In this document: piece by piece, positions 62,802 to 64,000 of the stretch
Position numbering within the stretch: the first letter of the stretch is position 1
Layout: each line of letters opens with the position of its first letter
Assembly: GCA_963840455.1 (NCBI GenBank)
Contig: CAWIYV010000014.1
Coordinates: 64,001 to 128,000, forward strand
Direction: 5' to 3'
Length of the DNA: 64,000 nt
Source: Nitrospirota bacterium
Lineage (GTDB): Bacteria; Nitrospirota; UBA9217
Notes under the pieces: model-generated
Databases searched by the model: none
Seen by the model: the letters and a program-made list of their open reading frames with translations, nothing else
Told to the model about the DNA's origin: nothing
Made by a program: the position numbers and the translations under genes

Positions 62802-63602
62802 TCATGTTTTATGGAGGATCCGTGCCAGGAAGGTCCGCGTGCGGTCGTTCTGCGGGGATGAGAACAGCTGCTCCGGGGGGGCAGTCTCGATGATGTCGCC
62901 GTTGTCGAAGACCACGATCCGGTCGGCGACCTCCCGGGCAAAACCCATCTCGTGCGTCGAGATGAGTGTGGTCATGCCTTCCTGTTGGACCAGATCCCTG
63001 ATCACTGACAATACCTCGCCGACGGTCTCCGGGTCGAGCGACGCTGTGGGCTCATCAAAGAGCATGGCCCGGGGCTTCATGGCCAGTGCGCGTGCAATGG
63101 CCGCGCGCTGCTGCTCACCGCCTGACAGGGTGCCCGGCCTGCTGTGCGCCTTTTTCTCCAGGTTGATCCTCCGCAGGAACGCAAGGGCCTCTTCCTCTGC
63201 CTTTCCCCGTTCGGTGCCGAGCACATGGACCGGAGCCTCGATGATATTCTCAAGCACCGTCATATGGGGGAAAAGATTGAACTGCTGGAAGACCATACCG
63301 ACCTTGAGCCGCACCTGACGGATGGCCTCGAGGTCATCGCGCGACGGCCGCTCTTGGTTGAGGGAGTGCAGGGCGATCCCGTCCAAGTCGATCTCGCCCT
63401 CTTCGAAGACCTCCAGGCCGTTGATGCACCTGAGGAGCGTGCTCTTGCCGCTGCCCGACGGCCCGATGAGCACGACGACCTCGCCCTGTGCCACGTCAAG
63501 GTCGATGCCCTTGAACAGGCGGTTGTCGCCGAAGGACTTATGGAGATTCCTGACGCTGATCATATCTGTATGAGCCACGGGCTTCACCTCATCCATGTTC
63601 AT
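62802..63602 (-). CDS. Polar amino acid ABC transporter ATP-binding protein
   Basis: [46 protein letters not shown] and THEMGFAREVADR. Confidence 0.93.
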   Translation of the reverse strand: MNMDEVKPVAHTDMISVRNLHKSFGDNRLFKGIDLDVAQGEVVVLIGPSGSGKSTLLRCINGLEVFEEGEIDLDGIALHSLNQERPSRDDLEAIRQVRLKVGMVFQQFNLFPHMTVLENIIEAPVHVLGTERGKAEEEALAFLRRINLEKKAHSRPGTLSGGEQQRAAIARALAMKPRAMLFDEPTASLDPETVGEVLSVIRDLVQQEGMTTLISTHEMGFAREVADRIVVFDNGDIIETAPPEQLFSSPQNDRTRTFLARILHKT

Positions 63603-63608
63603 CCATGC

Positions 63609-64000
63609 CTACCCAACTCCTTGTAACCGCTTTTCCAGTCTTTTTGCCAGTATCGACAGCGGATAGCTCATGCAGAAATACAGGATGGCCGCGACGAGCC
63701 CCAGCTCGAAGTACCGGAGCGTTGTCGCGGCGAGGATGCCGTAGGTCTTGGTGAGCTCCACCATGGCAATGACCGATACGATGGATGAATCCTTCAGGAG
63801 AGAGATGAAGTCGTTCGTGACCGACGGCAGGCTGATCCTGAACGCCTGGGGAAAGATGATCCGCCGGAAGGCCAGTGAACGGTGCATACCGAGGGACAAG
63901 GCCGCCTCCATCTGACCGCGGGGAACGGCCTCGATGCCTCCCCGATAAACCTCCGCCTCATAGGCGGCGTAGTTCATGCCAAGGCCGATGATGGCGGCGG
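63609..64000 (-). CDS. Amino acid ABC transporter permease (5'-partial)
   Basis: NYAAYEAE..RGGI.AV..GQ.EAA.SLG...I.PQA...N.FI.LLKDSS. Confidence 0.92.
   Translation of the reverse strand, partial: AAIIGLGMNYAAYEAEVYRGGIEAVPRGQMEAALSLGMHRSLAFRRIIFPQAFRISLPSVTNDFISLLKDSSIVSVIAMVELTKTYGILAATTLRYFELGLVAAILYFCMSYPLSILAKRLEKRLQGVG

Overview
Chromosomal window from a GC-rich, probably anaerobic, selenocysteine-using bacterium; a Nitrospirota- or Desulfobacterota-like lineage is inferred from gene content only. Bases 1-~10,250 are an AT-richer island ending at two tRNA-Glu 3' fragments with an integrase scar. The island holds two large modular surface proteins that share a collinear repeat stalk but have different beta-propeller heads. 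The rest is mixed housekeeping and accessory DNA: aspS, PiT/DUF47, acyl-CoA synthetase, an ABC exporter, a PAS hybrid kinase, chemotaxis genes, msrA and an amino-acid ABC transporter. Highlights: (1) a 2626-aa polypeptide fusing FixC/ETF-QO, FixX ferredoxin, two acyl-CoA dehydrogenase modules, ETF-beta and ETF-alpha; (2) an SbtM-type radical SAM RiPP locus with two tandem precursors carrying 2 and 3 in-frame UGA (Sec) codons and a covarying SECIS-like hairpin after each stop, both missed or truncated by the ORF track; (3) two more hidden UGA-readthrough ORFs, a dual-CxxC selenoprotein and a candidate new membrane-anchored one; (4) a c-di-GMP-I riboswitch upstream of a PxKF surface protein; (5) several families of small palindromic repeats and an attC-like site. 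All calls come from manual reading; no database searches were run.
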